A DNA stretch of 64,000 nt from contig OY759598.1 of NCBI GenBank assembly GCA_963662435.1, positions 4,067,923-4,131,922 on the forward strand, in the 5' to 3' direction. This DNA comes from Dehalococcoidia bacterium (GTDB lineage Bacteria > Chloroflexota > Dehalococcoidia > Lucifugimonadales > VXLM01). The translations under genes were made by a program, and so were the position numbers. Below the pieces are notes generated by a model that had not been told where the DNA came from, did no database searches, and saw nothing but the letters and a program-made list of their open reading frames with translations. Position 1 is the first letter of the stretch. Each line of letters begins with the position of its first letter. Shown here piece by piece: positions 47,048 through 56,205 of the stretch.

Positions 47048-47657
47048 CCGGCTTGGGCTGGTGGGCTACCTGCTCAACCACCCCGCAGGACTGAGTGGAG
47101 TCCAGGGCGTCGGCTTCGACTACGTGCTCGGATCGGGCGGCGTCTTCGTCCAGTCCGAGAGCGCCCACCTGACGGCGCGGGTGCCGGTGGCGTCCTGCGA
47201 GGTGCGGGGCCTCGCTCCCGTCGCGGAGAAGGTGGAGTTAACGAACGGCCCCATCCCGTCGGCGCTCTTCGAGCTGGGCCTGCGCTGGTTCCAGGACGAC
47301 CCGGAGACCGAGCGGCTCTTCGCAATCCGCTGGGACGGGGACGGCTACCGGCTGGTCGTCCCCCCGCAGGTTGGGACCGGAACGAGACTTGCCTATGTGC
47401 CGCCCGCAGGGGTGGTCGCCGAGTTCCACTCCCACGGTCGCTCCCGCGCCTTCTTTTCGGCCACCGACGAACGGGACGAGCAGGGGTTCCGCATATTCGG
47501 CGTCGTAGGACGCCTTGACAGCCCCGAACCGGAACTGAGCCTCCGTGTCGGCGTCTACGGCCACTTCGCCCCGCTCGACTGGCCGCAGGTGTTCGACGGG
47601 CCGGCTCCGGGCGTCCGGCTGACGGGCGAAGGGCCGACACCGGACACAAATACATAA
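46950..47657 (+). CDS. JAB/Mov34 metallopeptidase (PRTRC protein A type); start uncertain
   Basis: ETER, EFHSHGRSRAFFSATDERDE, LRVGVYG.F. Confidence 0.85.
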   Translation: MERPNTRWRTLFPTAGWPTSWRSPRGDAATAGDRLGLVGYLLNHPAGLSGVQGVGFDYVLGSGGVFVQSESAHLTARVPVASCEVRGLAPVAEKVELTNGPIPSALFELGLRWFQDDPETERLFAIRWDGDGYRLVVPPQVGTGTRLAYVPPAGVVAEFHSHGRSRAFFSATDERDEQGFRIFGVVGRLDSPEPELSLRVGVYGHFAPLDWPQVFDGPAPGVRLTGEGPTPDTNT

Positions 47658-47678
47658 GGAAAGGAGGTTATACAAAAG

Positions 47679-48479
47679 ATGCCCTACTACTTGGACAACG
47701 CGTTCCTGCTGGACAACCCGTCGATCACCGTGGTCGGCTGCGGCGGGACGGGCGGCTCCGTCGCCGAGGGTCTCTGCCGTCTCTTCCAGGGACGGGAGGC
47801 CACCATCGTACTGGTCGATCACGACCGCGTGGAGCCACACAACCTGCTCAGGCAGAACTTCTACAGAGAGGATGTCGGAAAGTTCAAGAGCCAAGCGCTC
47901 GCAGACAGGCTGGCTAAAGCCTACCGGCGTCCCGTGGGCTACTCCGTCTACCCCTTCAGGGAGTACGAGTCGCAGCCCCACGGGCACAGCTATCCCGGCC
48001 TTCCCAACTACGGCGGCAGCCTCATCATCGGCTGCGCCGACAACGCCGCCGCGCGCAGGGCTATGGCGGAGTGCCTGCCGGGGCACCCGGCCCGCTGGCT
48101 CATCGACGCGGGCAACGACACCAACTGGGGACAGGTGCTGGTCGGCAACGTCACCGAGCCGGTGATCCTTGAGGAATCCCCGTTCGCAGGAGAGACCTGC
48201 TATCTGGCGCCCGCGCCCACGCTCCAGCGCCCCGACCTGCTGACTGCCGTGTCGACCAGGCCGCCGGACGTGGACTGCGCCGCCGCCCTCGACCTCACCG
48301 ACCAGGACCCCACCATCAACCAGATGATGGCGTCCCTCGTGTTGCAGGTCGTCCGCCGCATGGTGGCGGGAACCTGTCCCTTCATGGCCCTCTACCTGGA
48401 CATGGACCAGGGCACGGTCAGCCCCACCTACGTCACGCCGGAAGCAGTGGAGCGGCTGGTGGGGGCCGACGCCAGGTGA
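47679..48479 (+). CDS. ThiF/E1-like adenylyltransferase (PRTRC ThiF type)
   Basis: VVGCGGTGG, DHDRVEPHNLLRQNF, IGCADN..AR, WLIDAGN..GQV. Confidence 0.92.
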   Translation: MPYYLDNAFLLDNPSITVVGCGGTGGSVAEGLCRLFQGREATIVLVDHDRVEPHNLLRQNFYREDVGKFKSQALADRLAKAYRRPVGYSVYPFREYESQPHGHSYPGLPNYGGSLIIGCADNAAARRAMAECLPGHPARWLIDAGNDTNWGQVLVGNVTEPVILEESPFAGETCYLAPAPTLQRPDLLTAVSTRPPDVDCAAALDLTDQDPTINQMMASLVLQVVRRMVAGTCPFMALYLDMDQGTVSPTYVTPEAVERLVGADAR

Positions 48480-48525
48480 TCGGCGCAAGCAAGTCCATTC
48501 ATACGACAAGCAAGAAAGGAGAATC

Positions 48526-48960
48526 ATGTTTGACGAAAAGGACAACTCTACGACCCCGCATCAAGTCCCGTCCTCGACTCCGATCGAGGAACAGGGCAGG
48601 TTCTGGCGGGACGCACACAGCGGCCCTCGCGGGCACGCGCTCTTGACGAAGGAGATCGGGGACACGATCCCCGCCATCGGCGCGACAGCCAACGTCGAGG
48701 ACTGCGAAGACGTGGCGGCGCGCGTAAAGCTGTTCAGCCCCTACAACGGCTGGCGCTGGTACGTCACCGAGTGGGAGGCCGAGACCGGCCTCTGCTTCGG
48801 CCTCGTCGAGGGGTTCGAGACCGAGTGGGGGCATTTCGACCTCACCGAGCTGGCGGAGACGACCGTGTTCGGCGGCGTCCCAGCCGTGGAGCGCGACCTG
48901 TACTGGAAGCCGCAGACCATCGGAGAGATCAGGAGAGAGTCGTCGAGGATGGCGGCCTAG
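48526..48960 (+). CDS. DUF2958-family protein, second copy
   Basis: KLFSPYNGWRWYVTE..VERDLYW; paralog of 37830-38213. Confidence 0.85.
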   Translation: MFDEKDNSTTPHQVPSSTPIEEQGRFWRDAHSGPRGHALLTKEIGDTIPAIGATANVEDCEDVAARVKLFSPYNGWRWYVTEWEAETGLCFGLVEGFETEWGHFDLTELAETTVFGGVPAVERDLYWKPQTIGEIRRESSRMAA

Positions 48961-49012
48961 AGACCGTCGCAAGTGAACGTGACCGGAGCAGAAATAAGGA
49001 AAGGAGAAGACC

Positions 49013-49510
49013 ATGTCAGACGAGATCGGAAAGGAAGCAACACGGTCGGACGCCCCGAGCGCGAACGAGAGCCCCTTCGCCGACGCATCCGACGACACGC
49101 CCGCTGCTGTCGTCGAGGAGGACTCCAATGGCAAGGCGGCACAGGACCCGCAGGGCTCCGACGACGCCGGAGACAAGCCCGACGCCGAGGCGAAGGCCGA
49201 TGGGCAGGAGGACCTGAAGGTGGTCGTGTCCATCAAGGGCGGCAGGGCCATCATCGGGGTGCAGCGGCCTTCGGCCGACCCGCACGTCGAGTCCTTCGAC
49301 GACGCGGACCTGTCCGGGTTGGCGCAGGAGGTCCCGGCGGTGACGGAGAGGGCGAGAGCCAGGTGGCAGGAGACGCCCAAGTATCCCGCCTACACAAGGC
49401 CCGCTCCCCCGGCCAGGCGCAGGAACCGGCGTCGGCAGGGGGCGGCGCAGGCTTCGACCGCAGAGGGCGAGACGGTACGGGAGCAGGCCCTGACGCCGCG
49501 GCTGTTCTAA
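49013..49510 (+). CDS. Hypothetical protein with acidic N-terminus
   Basis: AAAGGAG RBS; ends PRLF. Confidence 0.65.
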   Translation: MSDEIGKEATRSDAPSANESPFADASDDTPAAVVEEDSNGKAAQDPQGSDDAGDKPDAEAKADGQEDLKVVVSIKGGRAIIGVQRPSADPHVESFDDADLSGLAQEVPAVTERARARWQETPKYPAYTRPAPPARRRNRRRQGAAQASTAEGETVREQALTPRLF

Positions 49511-49565
49511 GGGCCGTAGTGCGAGGCGCAGCCGGTCGGCGCAGGACGCTAGACGGCAAGATAAA

Positions 49566-49625
49566 CGGGGGAGGACACCGAATCATGGTGTCCTCCCCCG
49601 CACACGTATATGTGGGGACTTTTTT
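49566..49625 (+). terminator. Strong hairpin(s) followed by a T-tract
   Basis: CGGGGGAGGACACC-gaatcat-GGTGTCCTCCCCCG, then ...GACTTTTTT. Confidence 0.5.
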
Positions 49626-49649
49626 CATTTAAGGAAGGAGAACGAAACG

Positions 49650-49976
49650 ATGTCCAGGCAGACTCAGATGAATATGCCATTCACCGACAGCCGAGAGGAG
49701 GAGACCATGCACCTGTTTGACGCCGAGGCCCGGGAGGAAGAAGCCCTCTGCCGAGCGAAGACCTCCGCCGACGACCGGATCAGCCTGAAATACTACGGGG
49801 AGCAACGCCGAGACAACCATGCCGTTGGAACCGTCTGCCAGCCGTGCAAGGATCGGGCGGTCGCGTTCGCCAGGCGTCTTAGCCGGGAATTCATGGCCGA
49901 AGGCCAGACGGACGAGGCCCAAGAATATCAACGACTGGCCGACAGACTGACGGAGGAGACTTCCGTGAACCATTAG
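49650..49976 (+). CDS. Hypothetical protein
   Basis: AAGGAG RBS; CQPC motif. Confidence 0.6.
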   Translation: MSRQTQMNMPFTDSREEETMHLFDAEAREEEALCRAKTSADDRISLKYYGEQRRDNHAVGTVCQPCKDRAVAFARRLSREFMAEGQTDEAQEYQRLADRLTEETSVNH

Positions 49977-50082
49977 CGGCGCCGGGGAGACCGGCCCGTT
50001 CGTCCATGTTCAGGTGTTTTTTGCGTTTCCGAGATGCCTGGCCCGCTTGCCGCCTGTCGCCGCACGAAATCGCCGATCGCTC

Positions 50083-51304
50083 CAGGGCAATCGCATCTTA
50101 TTGGGCAAGGACCTTGAGTAGATAGTCATTGTCCCACGCGGCGTCTTTTCGTTTGCCGGCGAGGCTGCGCTTGGTGGACTTTTCGGCCTTGAGCAGATTC
50201 AGGGCCATGCGGCGTAGCACAGAGAAGTTCTCTGGCCCGTTCCCACTACGCACCCGGCTTCCATCCTCATTGAACGTCACGTCCAGTGACCAGTGCAATT
50301 GGTTCTCTATGCTCCAGTGGCTGCGCACCGCGTTGAGCAAGACACTCGCATCGTTTGGCAAGCTCGATATGTAGTAGCGCGACTCCACCGTAGTCTTGCC
50401 ACCGACGAGTCGCTCGCCTTCCACCATCACCAACGTATTCAACCCCGGCCACTGCCCATCATCATCCACGTATCTGATGTGGTCGAGGTCGGACACGGCC
50501 CAGCATCGACGAGTCTCGACTCGTCCGTGACCCGCATTTATCGTCTCGTGGTAGTCGTGGTCGAGACTGTCGAAGCCGGACTTGCGGGCAAGGTCGAAGG
50601 TGTCATGCACATCCTCGTGTAGGCGGCCCTGGTTCTTCTTGACCGCCAGCACGTAGTCGGCTCTCTCCTCCAGGATCTTCGATGCGACCTCCTTCTGGCA
50701 GCCCATGGCGTCGATAGTCACGATGCACCCTTCGACCTGGAGCATTTCGAGCAGTCGGGGTATCGCCGTGAACTCATTGGAGCGCCCGTCTACTTTGGTC
50801 TGTCCGAGTGCTACGCCGCTCGCAGAGGCCCAAGCGCTGACCATGTGGATCGCATCCTTCCCTATATACCGGTCGTGCGAACGACGCACTCTCTTGCCGT
50901 CTATGGCTACGACATCACCTTGCAGAACCTCTCGCACAGCCAACACCCACTCGGTGAAGCAGCGCTCGAACTGCTGAGCATCCAGCTTGGCAAAGACCCT
51001 GCCAAACGTGTCGTGGGATGGAATACCGTTAGGGAGGTTCAGCATCTTGCGCAGCCAGTCCGACTTGCGCCTGCCAAACGCCTCCACGTCCACCCAACTG
51101 TCCGCACCTGCTATGACACCGCAGAGCGCAATGGTGACGATGTCCATTAGATTGTGGCGTTTGGTACGGTCAATACGCGGATCGACCAAGCTGCCAAAGT
51201 GTTCGGTCAGGGACGCTGTGTCACTCGCCATGGGTCACTCTCCACATGAGATTGACCCCAATTCTATAACTTGTCTAAAACTTCATTTAGATGCGATTGC
51301 CCTG
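50083..51304 (-). mobile_element. ISAs1-family insertion sequence
   Basis: TIRs CAGGGCAATCGCATCT (50083) / AGATGCGATTGCCCTG (51304). Flanking 10-mers CCGATCGCTC / TCGATCGATC are only 8/10 identical. Confidence 0.9.
50098..51231 (-). CDS. ISAs1-family transposase
   Basis: DPR, GIPSHDTF, AIDGK, TIDAMGCQ, HGRVETR, HWSIENQLHW. Confidence 0.95.
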   Translation of the reverse strand: MASDTASLTEHFGSLVDPRIDRTKRHNLMDIVTIALCGVIAGADSWVDVEAFGRRKSDWLRKMLNLPNGIPSHDTFGRVFAKLDAQQFERCFTEWVLAVREVLQGDVVAIDGKRVRRSHDRYIGKDAIHMVSAWASASGVALGQTKVDGRSNEFTAIPRLLEMLQVEGCIVTIDAMGCQKEVASKILEERADYVLAVKKNQGRLHEDVHDTFDLARKSGFDSLDHDYHETINAGHGRVETRRCWAVSDLDHIRYVDDDGQWPGLNTLVMVEGERLVGGKTTVESRYYISSLPNDASVLLNAVRSHWSIENQLHWSLDVTFNEDGSRVRSGNGPENFSVLRRMALNLLKAEKSTKRSLAGKRKDAAWDNDYLLKVLAQ

Positions 51305-51322
51305 TCGATCGATCCCATTTGG

Positions 51323-51351
51323 TTGATATGGGTGCATATGTTCTGTATCAT
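51323..51351 (+). promoter_or_regulatory. sigma70-like promoter upstream of tRNA-like gene 1
   Basis: TTGATA-17-TATCAT. Confidence 0.55.
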
Positions 51352-51416
51352 GGACTTTGGCGCCCGTGGCCTTGCGACAGTTTCCCCCTGGCGAGAGGGG
51401 CGTCGCGACCTGCTAA

Positions 51417-51460
51417 CATCAGAGAGGCCCGGCGCTTGCAAGCGCCGGGCCTCTCTGATG
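51417..51460. repeat. Perfect 44-bp palindrome abutting tRNA-like gene 1
   Basis: CATCAGAGAGGCCCGGCGCTTG|CAAGCGCCGGGCCTCTCTGATG. Confidence 0.95.
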
Positions 51461-51551
51461 GAGCGTATTGCCTCTCGGAGAGGATCGGGACTGACTCTCC
51501 CGAAGTCGCTGGTACAGCCCAGCGGTTGCGGTTCGACTCCGCTACACTCCG
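51460..51551 (+). tRNA. Non-canonical 8/4 tRNA-like RNA (allo-tRNA-like), anticodon GAC
   Basis: Acceptor GGAGCGTA/TACACTCC (one C.A mismatch); D arm CCTC/GAGG; anticodon stem TCGGGA/TCCCGA with loop CTGACTC; long variable arm; T arm GCGG-TTCGACT-CCGC; discriminator G; CCA not encoded. Confidence 0.75.
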
Positions 51552-51645
51552 TCCGCAACCACGTACAGCGTACCACGCTGCCACTGTTCCGTCCACATGG
51601 GCGGGAATCCGGTACTGTCTCAGTTTGAAATGTTCGACTTTTGTT

Positions 51646-52161
51646 CTAGTCACCTAACGCTGACGCGGCGGATAGCGTCACTGTAGTTACAGCATACTGG
51701 TCAACCGCTAGCGATTTTCCGTCCATGCCAACCGTCACTATGCCGCGAACAGTAAGAGGGGCACCGCCAGCTAGCGGGACCTCGACCACAATCTCCCCGG
51801 TTCCTACAACCGTCGCCTCATACCGTCCTTGACTCAAACTAACAGATTGGATCTCCCACTCAATTGAATCTCCAAGCTGCGCCTCTATCTCTACAGCTTT
51901 GATTAGCTTTAGAATCGGCTCAATCGTTCCAGGCTCCGACTCCTGTGCTGGCCCAAGCTCCAACAATGTCGTAGCTATCTTCGCCACAAGATCCAATGAA
52001 TTTCCGCCTAGCCAGTTTTGAACACTCTGGATTGCTTCGTCGGATTGGTCTGAGGGGGCCGTACCAACAGGGGTGACCGTCGCAGGGGGCTGAGCGCCAG
52101 CTCCGCAAGCAACGGCGAACGCGATCAACACGACAACGACCCCAGCTATATAACCAGACAT
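51646..52161 (-). CDS. Putative lipoprotein
   Basis: Hydrophobic N-terminus with lipobox-like AVAC; GGGAGG RBS. Confidence 0.7.
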   Translation of the reverse strand: MSGYIAGVVVVLIAFAVACGAGAQPPATVTPVGTAPSDQSDEAIQSVQNWLGGNSLDLVAKIATTLLELGPAQESEPGTIEPILKLIKAVEIEAQLGDSIEWEIQSVSLSQGRYEATVVGTGEIVVEVPLAGGAPLTVRGIVTVGMDGKSLAVDQYAVTTVTLSAASALGD

Positions 52162-52179
52162 TTTTTACCTCCCTTGAAA

Positions 52180-52210
52180 GCCTAGCCGCCCGTAGAGAGC
52201 GGCTAGGCTG
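52180..52210. terminator. Intergenic hairpin / probable terminator
   Basis: AGCCTAGCCGC...GCGGCTAGGCT, followed on the minus strand by TTT. Confidence 0.5.
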
Positions 52211-52221
52211 CACCATCAAAA

Positions 52222-52868
52222 CTACAACCGGCACCTAACAGGTACACAGGCCGAGCCATAGTACTTGTGCCTGTCGGGATGCGGGCCATCGCGGTAACCA
52301 GTGGGGAATCCCCAGCCGTGCGCAATCCACACCCGATCACGTCGCAGAGGCTCAAGATACACGAGGATACTTGCGCCTATGCTACAGTCCCAGCAAGTGC
52401 TAGAACGGTTGTCTACCGCGGGGCCATACTGCTGAGAAACACGAACCTTCGTCCGTATCTTCGCCATAGTTGCCATACAACGCAGTATCGAGTAGGCGCT
52501 CGTGTAGCTTATGCCTACCCCCAAGTAACACCGAACACGCCCACTGGACGTGTAGTCTCTGATTGCTGCGCATCATCCTAGCGTTGAATATCTGCGAGCG
52601 CGATAACCATGCCTCCAACAGCGTCCACCCGTTTAGAACGCTCGGAGGTCTCACCTTTTAACGAGGGAAGTAGCTCATCAAGGAAAATCTCTTGGTACTC
52701 TTCAGACAGACCGTCCCAAACCGCTAGCTCGCTACCGCTGAGCACATCCCCTGGATGCAGGTCGTTCGTCTGTGCATAGAGTGGCCCCGCGAGGAACACC
52801 CCAGCACCCACGAATACGGATAATGCACCGACGACCACCGCAATGCTTCGCTTGGATAAAACTCTCAT
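52222..52868 (-). pseudogene. Secreted protein gene, probably split (signal + acidic region 52578-52868; Cys-rich beta region 52222-52524)
   Basis: Signal peptide with AAGGAGG RBS; a stop at 52578, then a frame change into a Cys-rich ORF that has no good start. Confidence 0.45.
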
Positions 52869-52983
52869 TTCGTCCTCCTTACAGTCCTCTCATGGTTTCC
52901 AATCCGCTACTTAATTCACCAAAGGCAGTCACCTCCGGGAATCCGGTCGGTTGGCCGATGCAGGGGCAGGTCAGCCTGAAACG

Positions 52984-53568
52984 TCAGTCTTCGCACTCGA
53001 ACCGTTCACCGCCGCTCACGTAGTCGTCATGGTGGATATCGTCGTCATTGTCCCGAACCCAGCCGTCGGTCACCGTCCGGTACGTGTGTTCATCGGGAAC
53101 GCAGGAAGCATCCACACGTTCGAGGAGCTCAGGGAACGACGACCAGCCGGATCCACTGCTGTCGATGTTTGTCCACCAAGGACCCCACACATGGCGTTGA
53201 AGGACTACCAGTATCCGGACGGCATCGTAATCTCCAGAGCAGTCGATGGTACCTTGACCGTTCACCGTGTCGCCGTTGTTGGTTGTCCAAGGGTCGCTTG
53301 CATCTAGGTCGCATGTGAAGTCGTCGTCGGAAATGCTGCTCATCAGCACGTTTTCGTTCGTCGGGTTCTCGGGGAAGTTTTCTGGCAGGCTGTCAGGGTC
53401 GCTCGTGCTGAACCGCTGGCCGTTCAGTACGCCGAAGACTACCGGCCCTTCATTAGGCGTTCTGGGGTCGAATACCACTTCCCCGTCAGGGTCAGTGGGC
53501 GGCGTGTTGGCAAGGACGGTAAGTGCAAGAACGAAAACGGTAATGAGAAGTCCAATTTTCTTATACAT
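52984..53568 (-). CDS. Secreted acidic Cys-containing protein
   Basis: Signal peptide; GGAG RBS; four Cys in the C-terminal domain. Confidence 0.75.
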   Translation of the reverse strand: MYKKIGLLITVFVLALTVLANTPPTDPDGEVVFDPRTPNEGPVVFGVLNGQRFSTSDPDSLPENFPENPTNENVLMSSISDDDFTCDLDASDPWTTNNGDTVNGQGTIDCSGDYDAVRILVVLQRHVWGPWWTNIDSSGSGWSSFPELLERVDASCVPDEHTYRTVTDGWVRDNDDDIHHDDYVSGGERFECED

Positions 53569-53632
53569 AGGTCTCTCCTGATAAGCTGTGCTATATACCC
53601 GATCCTTACTTACGGGCCGATGGTTATTTGAA

Positions 53633-53878
53633 CTATTGCTGGGAATTCAGAATGTTTTCGTTCGTCGGGTTCTCGGGGAAGTTTTCTGGCAGGCTGTCAG
53701 GGTCGTTCGTACTGAACGGCTTGCCGTTCAGTACGCCGAAGAACACCGGCCCTTCACTGGGCTTTCTGGGGTCGAATACCACTTCCCCCCCATAAGGGTC
53801 GGTCGGCGGCCCGTTCGCAATCACAATCAGGGCCAGAACAAGAGCAAGAGCAATTATGGTGAACTTCTTCCGAAACAT
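53633..53878 (-). CDS. Short secreted protein, paralog of the N-terminus of 52984-53568
   Basis: Shared PPTDP..GEVVFDPR.P.EGPV.FGVLNG..FST.DPDSLPENFPENPTNEN; AAGGAGG RBS. Confidence 0.75.
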   Translation of the reverse strand: MFRKKFTIIALALVLALIVIANGPPTDPYGGEVVFDPRKPSEGPVFFGVLNGKPFSTNDPDSLPENFPENPTNENILNSQQ

Positions 53879-53880
53879 AA

Positions 53881-54825
53881 GAGACCTCCTTCAGGTACTA
53901 AGCTATGTGTCCTATCCTTACGTAAACTCCTCCCCAGTTCAGATGGCTTCACGATACAGGGTTGTTGTATATGCAACGTATAGATGAACCGCTCTGCTGT
54001 TTGGATTCTGTATAGAAATCCGGCTTGAAAGTTAGCTATAGAATATCGCGGTCTCAGGTGTTACAGTTCTCACCGTCGGCTAAATCTCTTGTGTCAGGTC
54101 TTCTAGTTGCAGGAATCCGAGAAACTCGTTACAGCGCTAAAGAGCCTTAGAAAGTATCTCTCTACGACCAGTGAGATCAGCCCTCGCGCCAACGACGTTG
54201 CTGACCTGGAGGCGCGCTTCAAAGTGATCGAAGACGCTGCCCGATCACTGGCAGCCTCTAGAGACGAAAACGAAACCGAGAAACGGCGATTGGCGGCGCT
54301 GGTCGACTCATCGCCGGTGGGGGTTATGGTAGTTGACGCTTCCTCCAGGACGCTTGCATCGGTCAACCTTGAGGCTCAACGCATACTCGGCATGTCACCT
54401 GAGCCCGGTAGTTCGCTTGTGCAATACCATCAAACGGCAATTTACCGAAGGGTGGACGGGAAGAAGTACGAGGAGTCTGAACGCCCGCTGGCCAGGTCCT
54501 TGGATTGCGGCGAGGTCGTGCGGGCGGAAGAGATACTACTGACCGCCCCCGACGGCCGTACCGTGACGATTCTCGTCAACGCGACGCCGATCTACTCCAA
54601 TGAAGGCGATATAACAGCAGCTGCCGCGGTCCTCCAAGACATGACTCCGTTAGAGGAGATGGAACGCCTACGCAACGACTTCCTTGCTATAGTGAGCCAT
54701 GAGCTACGGACACCCTTGACTGCGATCAAGGGAACTGCCGCCACCGTGCTGAGCACGTCTACTCCATTCAGCTACGTGGAGACTCGCCAGTTTTTCCGAA
54801 CCGTCGACCAACAAGCCGATGTACT
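53881..54825 (+). repeat. About 0.95-kb direct repeat, copy 1 (divergent promoter region + kinase 5' part)
   Basis: Near-identical to 58379-59325 (offset 4500). Confidence 0.95.
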
Positions 54826-56116
54826 TAGTGAACTCATTAGCAACCTTCTTGATGTGACCAAGATAGAAGCTGGAGCGTTGATAGTGAGACCAGAGCGGTC
54901 AAACATCGGGACGCTCGTCGACGAGGCCATCGATACCTTTATACGGACCAGGCCGAGGAATCAGATTCAGATCGACATGCCGCCCGACCTCCCTCTGGTT
55001 TCCGCCGACTCGCGGCGTATCACGCAAGTTCTCAATAACCTCCTGTCCAATGCTTCAAAATATTCGCCGCCGGCGTCAGTAATCAAGGTGGCGGCGTCGC
55101 TGAGGACACCTTACTTGGCAATCTCCGTGACGGATGAAGGCCAGGGTCTGCCAGCAGACCACCTGCCCCAATTGTTTAGGAAATTCTCCCGCCTTCTCGG
55201 TCGAAATGAAGAGACTCTTGTTGAAGGACACGGGTTGGGTCTTTCTATATGCAAAGGCATTGTTGAGGCGCATGGTGGCCGTATTGATGCCGAGAGCGAG
55301 GGGGAAGGGCACGGGACCACGATCACGTTCACGCTTCCTATAGCAACAGATGAACCGGACGAGTCGATTCAGGACCTTACAACCAGACAAGCCAGTGCGA
55401 TCGGGGAGACTCGAATCCTATCGGTGGACGACGATCCTCATGTGTTGCGGTACGTGCGGAATGTCCTCTCGGAAGCTGGGTTTGTCCCTATTACGACCAA
55501 CAACCCTACGGAGATGATGCCGTTGTTCGAGTTGGAACAACCCCATCTTGTGTTGCTGGACGTGAGGCTTCCGGGGACCAACGGGTTCGAGTTGATGCAG
55601 CTACTCCATAAGGATTCCGACGTGCCGGTCATATTCTTGTCCGGAAGCGGAAGAGACGAGAACATCGTGCGTGCTCTTGAAATGGGGGCGTCCGACTACA
55701 TCGTCAAGCCCTTTTCGCCGACGGAACTCGTTGCCAGAATCGATACGATTCTCCGAGAACGAACCAGCATGAGTGAGCCCATGGTGCGCAGACCATATCG
55801 AGTTGAGGACCTGGTGGTCGACTACACGAAGCGAGTCGTGACGGTTATGGGCCAGGCGGTGCATTTGACACCCACCGAATACAGGTTACTCTTCGAGCTG
55901 TCCACAAACGCCGGGCGAGTGCTGACCTACGACCAACTCTTAGGTCGAATTTGGGGGATGGAGTACGCTTCAGGGGAGAGCCATCTGGTACGTCTCACCA
56001 TAACGAACCTACGCAGTAAGTTGAAGGACGACGCTCGATCACCGCGATACATCTTCACCGAGCGTCAAGTTGGCTACCGTATGGTGGAACAACGGGTGTC
56101 ACCTCTAACTTGCTAG
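54107..56116 (+). CDS. Soluble hybrid PAS-histidine kinase-receiver-OmpR/PhoB wHTH protein
   Basis: PAS, SHELRTPLT, NLLSNASKY, DEGQG, GLGLSICK, VDDD..LLDV..KPF, LTPTEYRLL..LRSKL..YIFTERQVGYR. TTG start uncertain. Confidence 0.92.
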   Translation: MQESEKLVTALKSLRKYLSTTSEISPRANDVADLEARFKVIEDAARSLAASRDENETEKRRLAALVDSSPVGVMVVDASSRTLASVNLEAQRILGMSPEPGSSLVQYHQTAIYRRVDGKKYEESERPLARSLDCGEVVRAEEILLTAPDGRTVTILVNATPIYSNEGDITAAAAVLQDMTPLEEMERLRNDFLAIVSHELRTPLTAIKGTAATVLSTSTPFSYVETRQFFRTVDQQADVLSELISNLLDVTKIEAGALIVRPERSNIGTLVDEAIDTFIRTRPRNQIQIDMPPDLPLVSADSRRITQVLNNLLSNASKYSPPASVIKVAASLRTPYLAISVTDEGQGLPADHLPQLFRKFSRLLGRNEETLVEGHGLGLSICKGIVEAHGGRIDAESEGEGHGTTITFTLPIATDEPDESIQDLTTRQASAIGETRILSVDDDPHVLRYVRNVLSEAGFVPITTNNPTEMMPLFELEQPHLVLLDVRLPGTNGFELMQLLHKDSDVPVIFLSGSGRDENIVRALEMGASDYIVKPFSPTELVARIDTILRERTSMSEPMVRRPYRVEDLVVDYTKRVVTVMGQAVHLTPTEYRLLFELSTNAGRVLTYDQLLGRIWGMEYASGESHLVRLTITNLRSKLKDDARSPRYIFTERQVGYRMVEQRVSPLTC

Positions 56117-56170
56117 AAAAGGAAGCGGATAAGAAGCGGCAACTTCTAGCGCAGTGCCTTAGCAAGTCAA

Positions 56171-56205
56171 AGCCCCCTACTGATTCATTGCAGTAGGGGG
56201 CTTTT
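56171..56205 (+). terminator. Rho-independent terminator
   Basis: AGCCCCCTACTG-attcattg-CAGTAGGGGGCT followed by TTT. Confidence 0.75.

Larger units (their letters stand above)
11370..50000. mobile_element. Integrative conjugative element (boundaries approximate; no integrase seen in the window)
   Basis: AlpA at the left end, a T4SS/coupling-protein operon on the minus strand, and a divergent DNA-processing operon on the plus strand. Confidence 0.75.

Noticed and set aside
49595..49617. CCCCCGCACACG resembling the CRISPR repeat (possible solitary repeat / RNA anti-CRISPR)
   Set aside because: It lacks the GCGGGG arm and the ATAGACC handle, and is explained by an overlapping terminator-like hairpin.
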